Shown here piece after piece: positions 45,809-56,232 of a stretch of DNA of 64,000 bases. Source of the stretch: a virus; IMG/VR virus record IMGVR_UViG_3300045988_176782, positions 64,001 to 128,000 of that record. One strand, given 5' to 3'. The translations under genes and the position numbers were made by a program. Numbering within the stretch: the first letter of the stretch is position 1; the number at the start of each line of letters is the position of its first letter. The notes beneath the pieces were generated by a model, which made no database searches, was not told where the DNA came from, and worked only from the letters and a program-made list of their open reading frames with translations.

Positions 45809-45839
45809 GGGGAGGAATTTTCCTCCCCTTATTTTTTTT
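45809..45839 (+). terminator. rho-independent terminator
   Basis: GGGGAGGA-ATTT-TCCTCCCC followed by TTATTTTTTTT. A 450-nt A+T-rich gap follows. Confidence 0.8.
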
Positions 45840-46292
45840 AAAGTGAAGACTTATTGTTTATTTTTTATTATAATTATTAAAGTTTGAATTTAATAAAATT
45901 TGACTTTTATGGAAATTTAATATACACTAATTAAAAAAGAAAATGATAGACAATTGTAAATACAAATTTGATTTAAAAAAAATTTTCCCTTTGTAATTTA
46001 ATTAATTCTTTTGAGTCACTTAATAAGAAAATTAAATTCGTTAAATTAGTGAAGGAAAATATTTTAATCTTTAAAGTCTATCTTCTCCGTCAAAAACGGC
46101 AAATAAAGGATTTATAAAAAGTTTCTTTTATAGAAGAATTTATTAACAAACAAAATGTTCTATTAGAATGATTACTTATAAAATTTAATTAATTTTGGCT
46201 AGAAGAATTCTTCTTGCCGCATATTTGAGTTGAAAAAAGATACTCAAAACAAATACTCGTTCTGAAAGTGACGAACAAAAGGGGTAATTTGT

Positions 46293-47414
46293 ATGGCAGA
46301 AAAAATATTGCAAACAAGAATTTAGTTAAAATATGATACTGAAACCAACTGGAATAAAGCTACAAATTTTATTCCTAAAGCTGGCGAAATTATTTTATAT
46401 TCTGATGGCGGCGGTACTGGTATTCCTAAAATGAAAGTTGGGGATGGAAGTACAAAAGTTGGAAATTTAAAATTTCTTAAAGGAGATGGAGAATATCTAA
46501 CCTCTGTCCCTGCTGGGACTTGGACTTGGACTAATGGTACATCTGCAGGGCCTACTGCAAAATTAACTATTGACTCTAATGCAACAACTATCGGCGCAAT
46601 TCCAGCTGCTTCTTAGAGCCAAAGTGGTATAATTACAACAACTTCTCAAGTCATTTCTGGTAATAAAGCTATGTTAGGTAATTTTTCTGTTGGTAGCAGA
46701 ACTGATGCAAATTTATATACTTTAAATATTAGTCGTAAAAGTGCTTCTGATGCATCTTCTATGCTGTTTTAGGGCTATATTAATGAAACCGCAAACAATT
46801 TTCAAATGTGCATTTATCGTTATGGAATAGATAATACCGAAGCTTGGCGTTTAATTCTAAATTTTTTAAATGGAACAATTACAAGTGATTCTACTACTCC
46901 AATTACTCTTGGTTCTGCGGACATTCCTTGGACTGCTGTTTATGCTAAGAAATTTGTTGGTGGTGAAGCCACAACTTCCGTAGCAGGTTTGATGAGTGCA
47001 GAAGATAAAACTGCCCTTGATAGTTTAAGCGCTGTTTTTGGTGGCAGTTCTTCTAGTTCAGCTGGCACAAAAGGTCTTGTTCCTGCTCCTGCAAGTGGGC
47101 AACAAAATTATGTTTTACGTGGCAATGGCAGTTGGTCTCAATCTGTTGTTTCTACTACTGCGACACTAACTGCCAATGGCTGGTCTTCTTCTACACCACA
47201 CACTCAAATCATTAGTGTTAGCGGTATTACTACGAATTCTAAGGTAGTAATTGATGTTAATTTAAGCGGACAAAGTTCTGACAATATTTCTAGTATTCTT
47301 GAAAATTGGAGTAATGTTAATGATATTCAAACTAATAGTGGCGCATTAACAGCTTATTGCTATGGTGATGTTCCTACAGTTAATTTGCCAATTAATATTA
47401 TTGATATTAAGTGA
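46293..47414 (+). CDS. tail fibre with HylP-type N-terminal domain, 373 aa with three sense TAGs
   Basis: The ATG at 46293 is in frame with track ORFs 46431..46616 and 46806..47414. TAGs lie at 46323-5, 46614-6 and about 46770. N-terminus is ILQTRI*LKYDTETNWNKA..KMKVGDGSTKVGNLKFL. Confidence 0.65.
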
Positions 47415-47423
47415 GGTTAAGTT

Positions 47424-48539
47424 ATGGGACAATGTTTAATTACACGTCGTGGTGGAAAGACATCTGTAAATACTGACTTGCCTGCTTTAGATAATAATTA
47501 TCCTCAAGATGTTATAATTTGGGGAGGAGAAGCAAATGCTTCTTTTAAAGTTGTAATTAGTCGGGCCGGAACCGACACAAATTATGCCTATCAATGGTTT
47601 AAGGATGGTGCAGTAGTTGGGACTGCTGCAACATATTCAGAAACGACACCTACTGATTATGGTTCTCACACTATACAATGCGTTATAACTACCTCTTAGG
47701 GAATTATATCTTCTCGTATTGCCACTTATATTGTAAAGAATCCTAATTTCTTATATTCATACACTGGTAATATAACTACCGGTTCCAATAATACCTTCTA
47801 TCTTACTACAAGTGGCACCTTAAATATTGCTAATTATGGTAAAAATGAAGATGGAATGTTTGATATTTTTCTCCTTGGTGGCGGTGCAGGTGGAGCTGTT
47901 ACTGGCCTTGGTGGTGGCGGTTATTATACTATTACTTCAAAGAAGAAATTAGAAAAAAACACTAATTATCAGTTTATCATCGGTGCAGGCGGCGCGGCTG
48001 GTTCTTTAACTGCGGCAGGCGGTAATGGCGGCTCAACTACGACGACTATTAGCAATATTAATGAAGGAGCGGGCGGAAAAGCTGGCAACAGAGTTGACGC
48101 ATATATTAGTTGTACTTGCCAAAGTCCTAATGGCACAGCGGGTAATATTTACGAATATAGATATGGTTATAATCAAGATACAGGTGTTTATACTATTACA
48201 AATCGCAGTTCTGTAGGGAGCGGAAGTCGGACTTTAAATTTATTATACCCATTAAAACAAGTTTCTGCTTTATATAACGGCTCAGCTATTAATGTTTATC
48301 TCGCTCCAAATAAAATTGCTTATTGGTGTTATATTACAGAGCAAAAGACCATTTCTAGTAATAATGCAACTGCTGGTGCGGGCGGTTCAATAACATATAT
48401 ATTTGGAAGTAACTCTAATCTTCAGGTTAGCGGTCCAGGCGTGTTTAACAGCAATGCTGCTTTACGTTATGGCTAGGGCGGTAATAATAATATTTTAGCA
48501 GGTAAGAATGGACTAGCCGCGATTAGGTTTAGTTCATAA
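47424..48539 (+). CDS. Ig-like plus glycine-rich domain protein, 371 aa with two sense TAGs
   Basis: Track ORFs 47424..47699 and 47856..48476 are in one frame joined by TAGs (47697-9 and 48474-6). Ends in TAA at 48537-9. Contains YQWFKDG (Ig-like) and GGGAGGAVTGLGGGG. Confidence 0.6.
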
Positions 48540-48549
48540 GGAGTAAAAA

Positions 48550-49593
48550 ATGAGTTCTTGTTTATTAGTGCAAAGTCTTAAAGAAAAGAAAATCCCGCCT
48601 ACTTTATCACCTTATCAGCCTGCTAATGCCACAGCTTGGCAAGGTGATTCGGCAACTTTTTGGGTAGAAATCGCCACTCCTGGTGTCCCTGCGGAATATA
48701 CTTATCAATGGTACCGTGATGGAGCAAAATGGTCCGGAGCGACAAAAGCAAGCGTCAGTTGGAGTAGTGCATCTATTGGAGTGCATAGTATTTATTGTAT
48801 AATATCTAATGCCGCTGGAGAAGTAACAAGTCGTACAGCCACATTGACGGTAAAGAACCCCAATATGACTTACACCTACACTGGCGGCCATGAGAAGATC
48901 GACGACGGAAGCGGCAACTGGCGCATCAAGTTCAAAAGCAGCGGCACGTTGAAATTTACCAACCTTGGCAAGTGGGACGGCAAGCTGGACGTGTTCTGCG
49001 TGGGTGGAGGTTGCGCAGGTGGTAGCGGCTACTGGGACGCAGGCAACGGCTACGGTAAAGCTGGTAGTGGTGGGTACACCACAACCCAAAAAAGTGTCCA
49101 ATCAGCCGCAAATGTCTCTTATAACATTGTTATCGGTGCAGGTGGACAAAGTGCCTTTGCGTCTGGTGGAAACACTACCGCTTTTGGTGTGGCGGCTGGT
49201 GGCGGCACGAAGCTGGGAGGTGGCAGCGGCGGCGGCGCTTATGGTAACAGAGAAGTGAACAACGGCGGCTCGGACGGCGGCAATGGCGAACCGCAGAACG
49301 CCGCCAACATCGGCATTGACCATTGGGGTTCCCCCGGCAAGGGGCAGGGAACCACGACCCGCGAGTTCGGCGAATCCACCGGCACCCTCTACGCGGGCGG
49401 CGGCGGTGCTGGCGGAAACGGCTCCGCACAGGCCCATGGCGGCGCTGGCGGTGGCGGAAATGGCGCGTGGAATGGGCACCCACAAACAAGTGGCACGGAA
49501 AACACCGGTGGCGGTGGTGGTGGCATGTACTATGGCCTAACTGTCCTGGGCAAAGGTGGTAGTGGCATAGTCGTCATACGTAATCACCGATAA
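48550..49593 (+). CDS. Ig-like plus glycine-rich domain protein, paralog with a GC-rich C-terminal half, 347 aa
   Basis: The N-half is paralogous to 47424 (YQWYRDG, TVKNPN). From about 48870 the DNA becomes markedly GC-rich and encodes GGxGG-rich sequence. Confidence 0.65.
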   Translation: MSSCLLVQSLKEKKIPPTLSPYQPANATAWQGDSATFWVEIATPGVPAEYTYQWYRDGAKWSGATKASVSWSSASIGVHSIYCIISNAAGEVTSRTATLTVKNPNMTYTYTGGHEKIDDGSGNWRIKFKSSGTLKFTNLGKWDGKLDVFCVGGGCAGGSGYWDAGNGYGKAGSGGYTTTQKSVQSAANVSYNIVIGAGGQSAFASGGNTTAFGVAAGGGTKLGGGSGGGAYGNREVNNGGSDGGNGEPQNAANIGIDHWGSPGKGQGTTTREFGESTGTLYAGGGGAGGNGSAQAHGGAGGGGNGAWNGHPQTSGTENTGGGGGGMYYGLTVLGKGGSGIVVIRNHR

Positions 49594-49617
49594 ATGGTGG
49601 TAAAGGAGTGTTTGTTT

Positions 49618-49890
49618 ATGAATTATAATTATGCTTTAATTTCTGACGGTGTTGTGCAAAATGTTATTTCGCTTTATCCAGGAAATGCGAAAGAATTTCC
49701 CACTGCAGTTCCTTTAGATGATTATCCAGTTGCAATTGGAGATACTTATGATGGAACTTATTTTTATCGTAATAATGAGCAATTAAAAACTGAAAAGCAA
49801 TGTTTTCAAGAAGAAAATACAAAACTTGTCGCGGCTTTTTCAGCTTTAGGCTTAGATTTTAATTCTATGGAGGAAACAACAAATGAGTGA
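49618..49890 (+). CDS. hypothetical protein, 90 aa
   Basis: AAAGGAG RBS, then ATG inside track ORF 49594..49890. Confidence 0.5.
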   Translation: MNYNYALISDGVVQNVISLYPGNAKEFPTAVPLDDYPVAIGDTYDGTYFYRNNEQLKTEKQCFQEENTKLVAAFSALGLDFNSMEETTNE

Positions 49891-50290
49891 TAATCGTTAT
49901 CTTGATGCTATTTTAGAATTATGCGAAGCTATGAAAAAAGCGGGTTTTTTCTTAACTGATGAGCAAGCATTAGAAGTACAAATTATCTATCCAATTTGGA
50001 CTTCTACTGGTACTTACGCAGTAGGGGATAGAGTGCGATATAATAACGCCCTTTATCGTTGCCTTATCGCTCATACCGCTCAAGAATCTTGGACTCCTGA
50101 AGCCGCAGCTAGTTTGTGGGCAAAAATCTTAACTGACCCAAGTGGTGGGATTTTACCTTGGGAGCAACCCGACAGCACTAATCCATACAAGAAGGGTGAT
50201 AAGGTTACTCATAATGGTAAAACTTGGATAAGCACAATTGATAATAATGTATGGGAACCAGGCGTTTATGGTTGGGAAGAAGTTCAATAA
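49883..50290 (+). CDS. CBM5/12-like (chitin-binding type 3-like) carbohydrate-binding repeat protein, 135 aa
   Basis: Two repeats: YAVGDRVRYNNALYRCLIAHTAQESWTPEAAASLW and YKKGDKVTHNGKTWISTIDNNVWEPGVYGW. Confidence 0.55.
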   Translation: MSDNRYLDAILELCEAMKKAGFFLTDEQALEVQIIYPIWTSTGTYAVGDRVRYNNALYRCLIAHTAQESWTPEAAASLWAKILTDPSGGILPWEQPDSTNPYKKGDKVTHNGKTWISTIDNNVWEPGVYGWEEVQ

Positions 50291-50374
50291 ATTTGATTTT
50301 TTATAAAATTTTCTTTATAATATAATTAAAGAAAAATGAAATTTATTAGCATTATTTACTTATTTTATTAAGTC

Positions 50375-50411
50375 AAACGCCGCAGCGTCTTGTTCATTCT
50401 GCGGCGTTTTG
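50375..50411 (+). terminator. hairpin terminator
   Basis: AAACGCCGCAG..CTGCGGCGTTT followed by TT. A second small hairpin lies at about 50440-50465. Confidence 0.55.
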
Positions 50412-50485
50412 GCATCTTTATTCTGAAAAGATGAATAAAGAAATTACCAATCGTCTGAAAAGACGACGATTAGGAGGTAATAATT

Positions 50486-52681
50486 ATGGCAAAACAACTT
50501 AACGCTCGTGTTCAAACTAAACGAGACACAGAACAAAATTGGAATTAGGCAATTAACTTTATTCCTAAAGATGGCGAAATTATTATTTATAAAGCTGATA
50601 CAACCGCGGAAGAGCTTCAAACTTTTTATGAAGCATATTTGGCGGAAGTTGAAGCACTAAAATTAATTACCAATACTTCCTCAACCGAATATCAAGAACA
50701 ATCTGTAAAAGTTTCTGAAGCTCTCGCCACCTATAATAATCGCTCTACACGAATTGTGCCGCGTTTTAAAGTAGGAAATGGAGAAAAATATTTAAAAGAT
50801 TTACCTTTTGTAAATGACCCATTTGTAATTAAGGAAGAAGGTAAAGGTCTTTCTGAATGTGATTATGATAAGCGTGCTCACGATATTATTGAGAACTTAA
50901 AGCAATTTGAAGATAATAATACCGGTGAAGTTTAGTATACTGACACAAAATATACTAACGGCGTCGGATTGGGGCTATTAGAGGATACAATTCCTTCAAC
51001 TTCTCAAACCCATACTTTCTACAATACTGGTATTGTTTCTATTCAAGAAAGCGCCATTAATGGTAACATTTCTGTAGCTCGTGGTAATTCCAGCACCGAT
51101 ACCACTGTAAGTGATATTGCAATTCACGGTTTAACTCAAACTGCTTATACTTTACCTGAAACTTTTGCTACAGCAAAAGCGGGCGAGCGCGCAATGACGG
51201 CATTGCAAAATGTCGCTACTCCTTTTGAACCAGTAAGCGTAAAAGATTTAACAATTCAAAAGTTGTTTGATTTAGGTTTCTTAAATACATCTTCTATTCC
51301 TGATTCTGCCGCATATTTACTTTCAGACGAAGGAAAAGCTAAAAAAATAGAAGAAATTCCAAGCTCCGAAAACGGTAGTATAAGTTATTTAATTTTTCTT
51401 GGCCTTTATCCATATGATGTCGCCGCACAAACAATGCTTCGTGGTACAGTTAATTTACAAAAAATGGATGAGGATGACAATCTAATTAACCTCTATGCGC
51501 CTGTAATTGGATTGGGCAAAATGGCTTATATTGATGAAGTTAATGCTTCCAATATTAACTTGGATACTTTGCCTATTATGACAGGTGTTAGGAAAGTTGA
51601 AACTACTGATGAAGATGGCAACATTACCGAAACAACTTATCTTTCTGGGCATAAAGGTTTGGTTCCGACTCCAACAGAAAACGATTATGGCAAAGTTCTA
51701 TTTAGCGATGGCTCTTGGCGACCAATTACAGATATTGCGATTAACATTGGTGATATTCCTTCTGGTTTAGCAACCGATAATGAAGGTAAAATTTATAATA
51801 ATGGTATATTAAATTTAAGTAGTGAAGAAAATATTATAAACTTTACTCAACTTCAATTAGATGAAGCTACTCAAAAATATCAATTAGTTTCCTATCAACT
51901 TGAAATTCCCGCAGCGGTATCTTGGACTTCAACACTTACGAGTGGAGAACAAATTGGCACTTTAACTATTAATAACGCTGAAAATATTTTATATGCTCCG
52001 GTTGCATCCGACAGAGTGGCAAAAGCAGGAGATACAATGACCGGACGATTAATTTCTCCTGCGATAGAAATTCGCAAAGACGCTTGGCCATAGCTTCTAT
52101 TAAGCAATGCTTCAGGTGGTCCTCGTGGAATGATGTATGTAGCAACCAGTGATGGTAGTGTGGGTAATTTATATCTTAGAGCATATTCTTCTGACACAGA
52201 ATATTCTCAAGCTTATTTAACAACTTCTGGAACTTTTTCCGCACCAAGTGTTGAAGGCGCAGTCTTTAACGATTACGCAGAATACCGTGCTTTAAAAGAC
52301 CCAATTGAATCCTACGAACCAGGTTATTGTATGACCTGCAATAGAGATGGAAAACTTTTCCGCACTTCTTCTCGTATGCAACATTGTGAAGGCATTACCT
52401 CTGATACTTTTGGTTTCTCTATTGGCCGCACAGATGAAGCTACTGTTCCTCTTGCAGTTGCAGGTCGCGTACTAGTATATACTTCTGAAGACCCCTCTAC
52501 TTACTATACTGGTCAAGCTGTTTGTGCTAGTAGGGGTGGCCGCGTTTCTAAAATGACAGATTCTGAAATTGCTCAAAATCCTGACCGTATTGTTGGAATA
52601 GTAAGTGAAGTTCCTACATATGAAACTTGGGGAACAAATAATGTTAAAGTTAATGGTAGAATTTGGATTACAGTAAAATAA
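50486..52681 (+). CDS. tail fibre with HylP-type N-terminal domain and conserved C-terminal domain, 731 aa with three sense TAGs
   Basis: The ATG at 50486 (GGAGG RBS) is in frame with track ORFs 50639.., 50969.. and 52130... TAGs lie at 50546-8, 50933-5 and 52091-3. The C-terminal 140 aa or so is homologous to that of 52731..54188. Confidence 0.65.
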
Positions 52682-52730
52682 ATTTGCCTATAAACAAAAA
52701 TTATTGTAAAATAATTTTGGAGGATGAAAT

Positions 52731-54188
52731 ATGAAACAAGTAAATATTATTGTAAAGTCTTCTGTGCAAGAATAGGAAAAATTTATTGGAACTTATCCAG
52801 AAAAAAACCTATTAACAATTGATGCAGAAGGACAAATTATTCAAGATGATGTAATTACTCACGGTATAAAAATTGGTGATGGCGAAACCAAATGGGATGA
52901 TTTACCTTTCTTGAAGTTGCCGCCTGATATAGCGAATGATTGGAAAGTTTTAGCAGAAAGCGCGACCAATGGCCAACTTGTGACCTTACCTGATTTGAAT
53001 TTTGCATATTTATTAATTGACGCAGAAAAACTAGATAACGCACAGTATACTGAAATTGTAAATCAAATTGCTTCTCGTAATATTGGTTTATATTTAGCCG
53101 CGGCAGAATCAGAAAAATCATTATACCCTGATGGAAGTCAAATTCAAAATTATGCTCTCACAATCAACACAGACGAAGATAAACCATTCATAACTCAAGA
53201 CCCAAATGGTGCAACTGCCACAAATAGTATAGTAGATAGGTTTATTTTTAATACTTCAAATGAATCCAAGTATAATAAAATTGAAGTGAAATTAAAAGAT
53301 AGTGAAGCGCAAGAAAAAATTGAACAGCTTAAAGCTACGGTAGATGATAAATTTACTACTTTTTCTGAGCAAACTAAAAAAGATATTGAACAAGTAAAAA
53401 AAGATATTAAAGAATCCACCTATATTTTTGGTAGCAATAACATCCCCGAAGGAACCACAAGTGGCCTAATTCCTTTTCCTGAAGTAGAAAAACGAACAAA
53501 AGATTACTTCCTTTCTGGCGCAGGGACTTGGGAACAAATCATTCTTACCGCTGATAAAGTAAAATACACCACTCCGACTGGTAGCCAAACATATGTTAAA
53601 GATGTGTTAGATGATTTATTGAGCGGTGCTAGTCTAAGTTTTGCTCAAGGTAGCGCGACAGACCGTCAGGTATTTATTGTTGGCGCGACACAAGAAGGTT
53701 TGAATAATAAAAAAACTACATTAAAATATAGTCCAAGTGTGTATCTTGACTGTAAGGATAATGTACTATATGGCGGCGCTTGGAATGATATTGCTGAATT
53801 TAGGGAGTCTTTTGATTCTTATGTGGCAGGAAACTGTGTATATGAAACTGCACGAGGCAAATTGATGATTTCTGATAAGCGTATGATTCCAAATAGTTAT
53901 ATTGTATCTGACACTTATGGTTATGCTTTGGGTGAGAAAGATATTGATACAGTTCCTGTTACTATTGCCGGTAGAGTTTTGGCTTATTATTTAGAAGATA
54001 AAAATGAACTAAAAATTGGTGATGCTGTATGCAGCGGTCCAAATGGTGCAGTTTGTAAGATGAAGAAATGGGAAAAAATTTTACATCCTGAATGTATTAT
54101 TGGCTATGTAAGTGAAATTCCTCAATATGAGATTTGGGGCCAACATAATACTTCTGTGCGCAATCGTATTTGGATTAAGGTGAAGTAA
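52731..54188 (+). CDS. tail fibre/spike protein with shared C-terminal domain, 485 aa with one sense TAG
   Basis: GGAGG RBS. TAG at 52773-5. Contains IKIGDGETKWDDLPFL. C-terminus NDIAEFRE..TVPVTIAGRVLAY..IIGYVSEIP..RIWIKVK parallels 50486's NDYAEYRA..TVPLAVAGRVLVY..IVGIVSEVP..RIWITVK. Confidence 0.6.
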
Positions 54189-54189
54189 T

Positions 54190-54882
54190 ATGGTAGAAAA
54201 AATTACAGCTTCTTGGTTTAATAGAATTATTGATGCCATTAAGCGTTTAAAGAATTTAGGATTTGCTTTTTCTACAGAAGGAGTCCCAAATAAAATTACC
54301 ATAAATTCAGATGGCACAACAGGAAAACTTTATACTCCTTCTGACTTTAGTGCGATTAATGCAATAATTCAACGAATGTCAACAGATGAATACTTACAGC
54401 AAACAAATAACGCTTCTTATCCTGCACAACAAATTTATTATAATACTGTTTCTGTCGGTAAGCGTGGGCAAAGACCGTTATTAGATTGGAAAAATCAATT
54501 AGATAGAACGGTTGATTCTTGGCAATATATTACTTGCTATCACGGAACTGCAAAAACGAATGGTGTAAATAGCGTTGCGTGCCAGCATGGGGCGAATAGT
54601 AATGGTGATAATACGAATGGTTATTGCCAAAGAGGATTAACTCCTTGTGACCATGGAACTAATCATGTTTGTAATACTAATTATAGTAGTCAAGGTAATA
54701 AAGGTTGGCATACTAAAACTTGCTCCAACGCCACCGTAAAAGATGGAAAAGGCAGCAACACCAATGGTATGTATTCCCCTAACGGCACAAATAGTAACGG
54801 TACTTTTGCTAACACTTGTCCTCACGGAGATTGTCAGCAAGGTATCGATATTAACATTCGTTATAAAACAACACAAGGATAA
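54190..54882 (+). CDS. structural-module protein with Cys/His/Asn-rich C-terminal repeat region (candidate radical-SAM substrate), 230 aa
   Basis: The C-terminal 110 aa or so has 8 Cys, four C-x-H-G motifs (CYHGT, CQHGA, CDHGT, CPHGD) and many N-(S/T)-N-G repeats. Confidence 0.6.
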   Translation: MVEKITASWFNRIIDAIKRLKNLGFAFSTEGVPNKITINSDGTTGKLYTPSDFSAINAIIQRMSTDEYLQQTNNASYPAQQIYYNTVSVGKRGQRPLLDWKNQLDRTVDSWQYITCYHGTAKTNGVNSVACQHGANSNGDNTNGYCQRGLTPCDHGTNHVCNTNYSSQGNKGWHTKTCSNATVKDGKGSNTNGMYSPNGTNSNGTFANTCPHGDCQQGIDINIRYKTTQG

Positions 54883-54891
54883 AAGAAAAGA

Positions 54892-56232
54892 ATGAATAAA
54901 AATTTAAAGCATACTGTCTTAACTTTATTTCCTTCCGCAGTTTGTAATTTAAACTGTACATACTGCAACATTAGTAAAAATAAGGCTCTAATTGAAATTG
55001 ATAAAGAATTGAAAGATTTCTTTAACGACCCAGATTATATAATGCAACGAGTGCATAAGTATTTTGAACCTTGTGCTCTTACCACATTAGAAACCTGGGG
55101 CGGCGAACCTTTTCTCCATATGGATAGAATATATAAGGTATTGCCGCGACTTGTGGAAGATTATCCATATTTACAGAATTTCTTCAGTTCTACAAATTTT
55201 TCTTTTTCTACTTGGATAGAACAATTTTTTGGCCTGATGCACCAATTTAAGCAATGGCCAGACCGTCAATTTAATTACAAACTCCAAATTTCTTGTGATG
55301 GCCCAACTGAATTAAACGATTTGGGGCGCGGAAAAGGCACAACTTTAAAGTGCTTGGAAAATTATGCCAGATTGGTTGAGTCTTTAGAAAAGAGATTGCC
55401 TGCTAATATCAATCTTTCTATTGTTCCTAAGCCTACTTTAAATTTAGAAACAGTTCGTTTATTAAATACAAAAGAAAAAATTATAGAATATTACCAATTC
55501 TTTGAAGATTGTTTTATTAATTTAGTTAATAAGTTGGAATTTAATAATGTTCAAGCTTACACAAACACTCCGAATATGGGCGTTCCTTGTCCAGCAACAA
55601 AAGAGGACGGGTTATATTTTGCTAAGTTTGCGAAAAATTGTGCAGAAGTAAGCAAACACGCAAAGAAATACTTCAAATATTATACTAATGTGCGACCTTT
55701 TTCCATATATCAAAAACAAACGAAAAACCTAACTTTCTATCAATCCTGTATTGGTTGTGGTATGGGATATTCTAATATTGGACTTTTGCCGCAAGACAAA
55801 ATTTCAGTATGTAATGAAGGATTTGTTCAAACTGTAAAACAATATAATGAACTACGCTCTCAAGAGCAAGAAAGCGGCACAATTGAAAAGAAAACTCGTC
55901 AATCAAAAAATCAACATCATCTATGCTATAGTGATGATGAATATGAGAAGTTTGAAGAACAAATGTGTAATTTCTGTTATACTGCAAATACATCAGTTTT
56001 GGTTGGTTTATGCAATCAAATCACTCTTTTGGCTTTAAGCGGCCAGATTGATAAACAATATATACAGCAATCTAATGCTCTTCACGCCGCACAAGTTTTA
56101 GCAGGAGAATACTTTTGTTTAAAAGATAATTATGACATTACAGGATCTTTTTCTCTTGTTCCTGTAGGGTTAATTCGTTTATTATTAAATGGTGCTTTGC
56201 CATATTTGGAGAATAATGATGAAAACATTTAA
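54892..56232 (+). CDS. radical SAM enzyme with additional Cys clusters, 446 aa
   Basis: CNLNCTYC (CX3CX2C) near the N-terminus, a GGEPFL motif, and downstream clusters SCIGCG..VCNEG and CNFC. Confidence 0.75.
   Translation: MNKNLKHTVLTLFPSAVCNLNCTYCNISKNKALIEIDKELKDFFNDPDYIMQRVHKYFEPCALTTLETWGGEPFLHMDRIYKVLPRLVEDYPYLQNFFSSTNFSFSTWIEQFFGLMHQFKQWPDRQFNYKLQISCDGPTELNDLGRGKGTTLKCLENYARLVESLEKRLPANINLSIVPKPTLNLETVRLLNTKEKIIEYYQFFEDCFINLVNKLEFNNVQAYTNTPNMGVPCPATKEDGLYFAKFAKNCAEVSKHAKKYFKYYTNVRPFSIYQKQTKNLTFYQSCIGCGMGYSNIGLLPQDKISVCNEGFVQTVKQYNELRSQEQESGTIEKKTRQSKNQHHLCYSDDEYEKFEEQMCNFCYTANTSVLVGLCNQITLLALSGQIDKQYIQQSNALHAAQVLAGEYFCLKDNYDITGSFSLVPVGLIRLLLNGALPYLENNDENI

Noticed and set aside
48607-49562. 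Five overlapping ORFs of 79-164 aa on both strands and in alternative frames (48607..49101-, 49102..49485-, 49175..49489-, 49283..49540+, 49323..49562+).
   Set aside because: They lie entirely inside the GC-rich part of the 48550..49593 gene. High GC suppresses stop codons in all frames. They have no SD sequences, and their Arg/Ala/Pro-rich composition is typical of shadow ORFs.
48870-49593. GC-rich variable-looking region as a diversity-generating retroelement target.
   Set aside because: The window has no reverse transcriptase gene, no template repeat and no adenine-specific mismatch pattern between the two paralogs.
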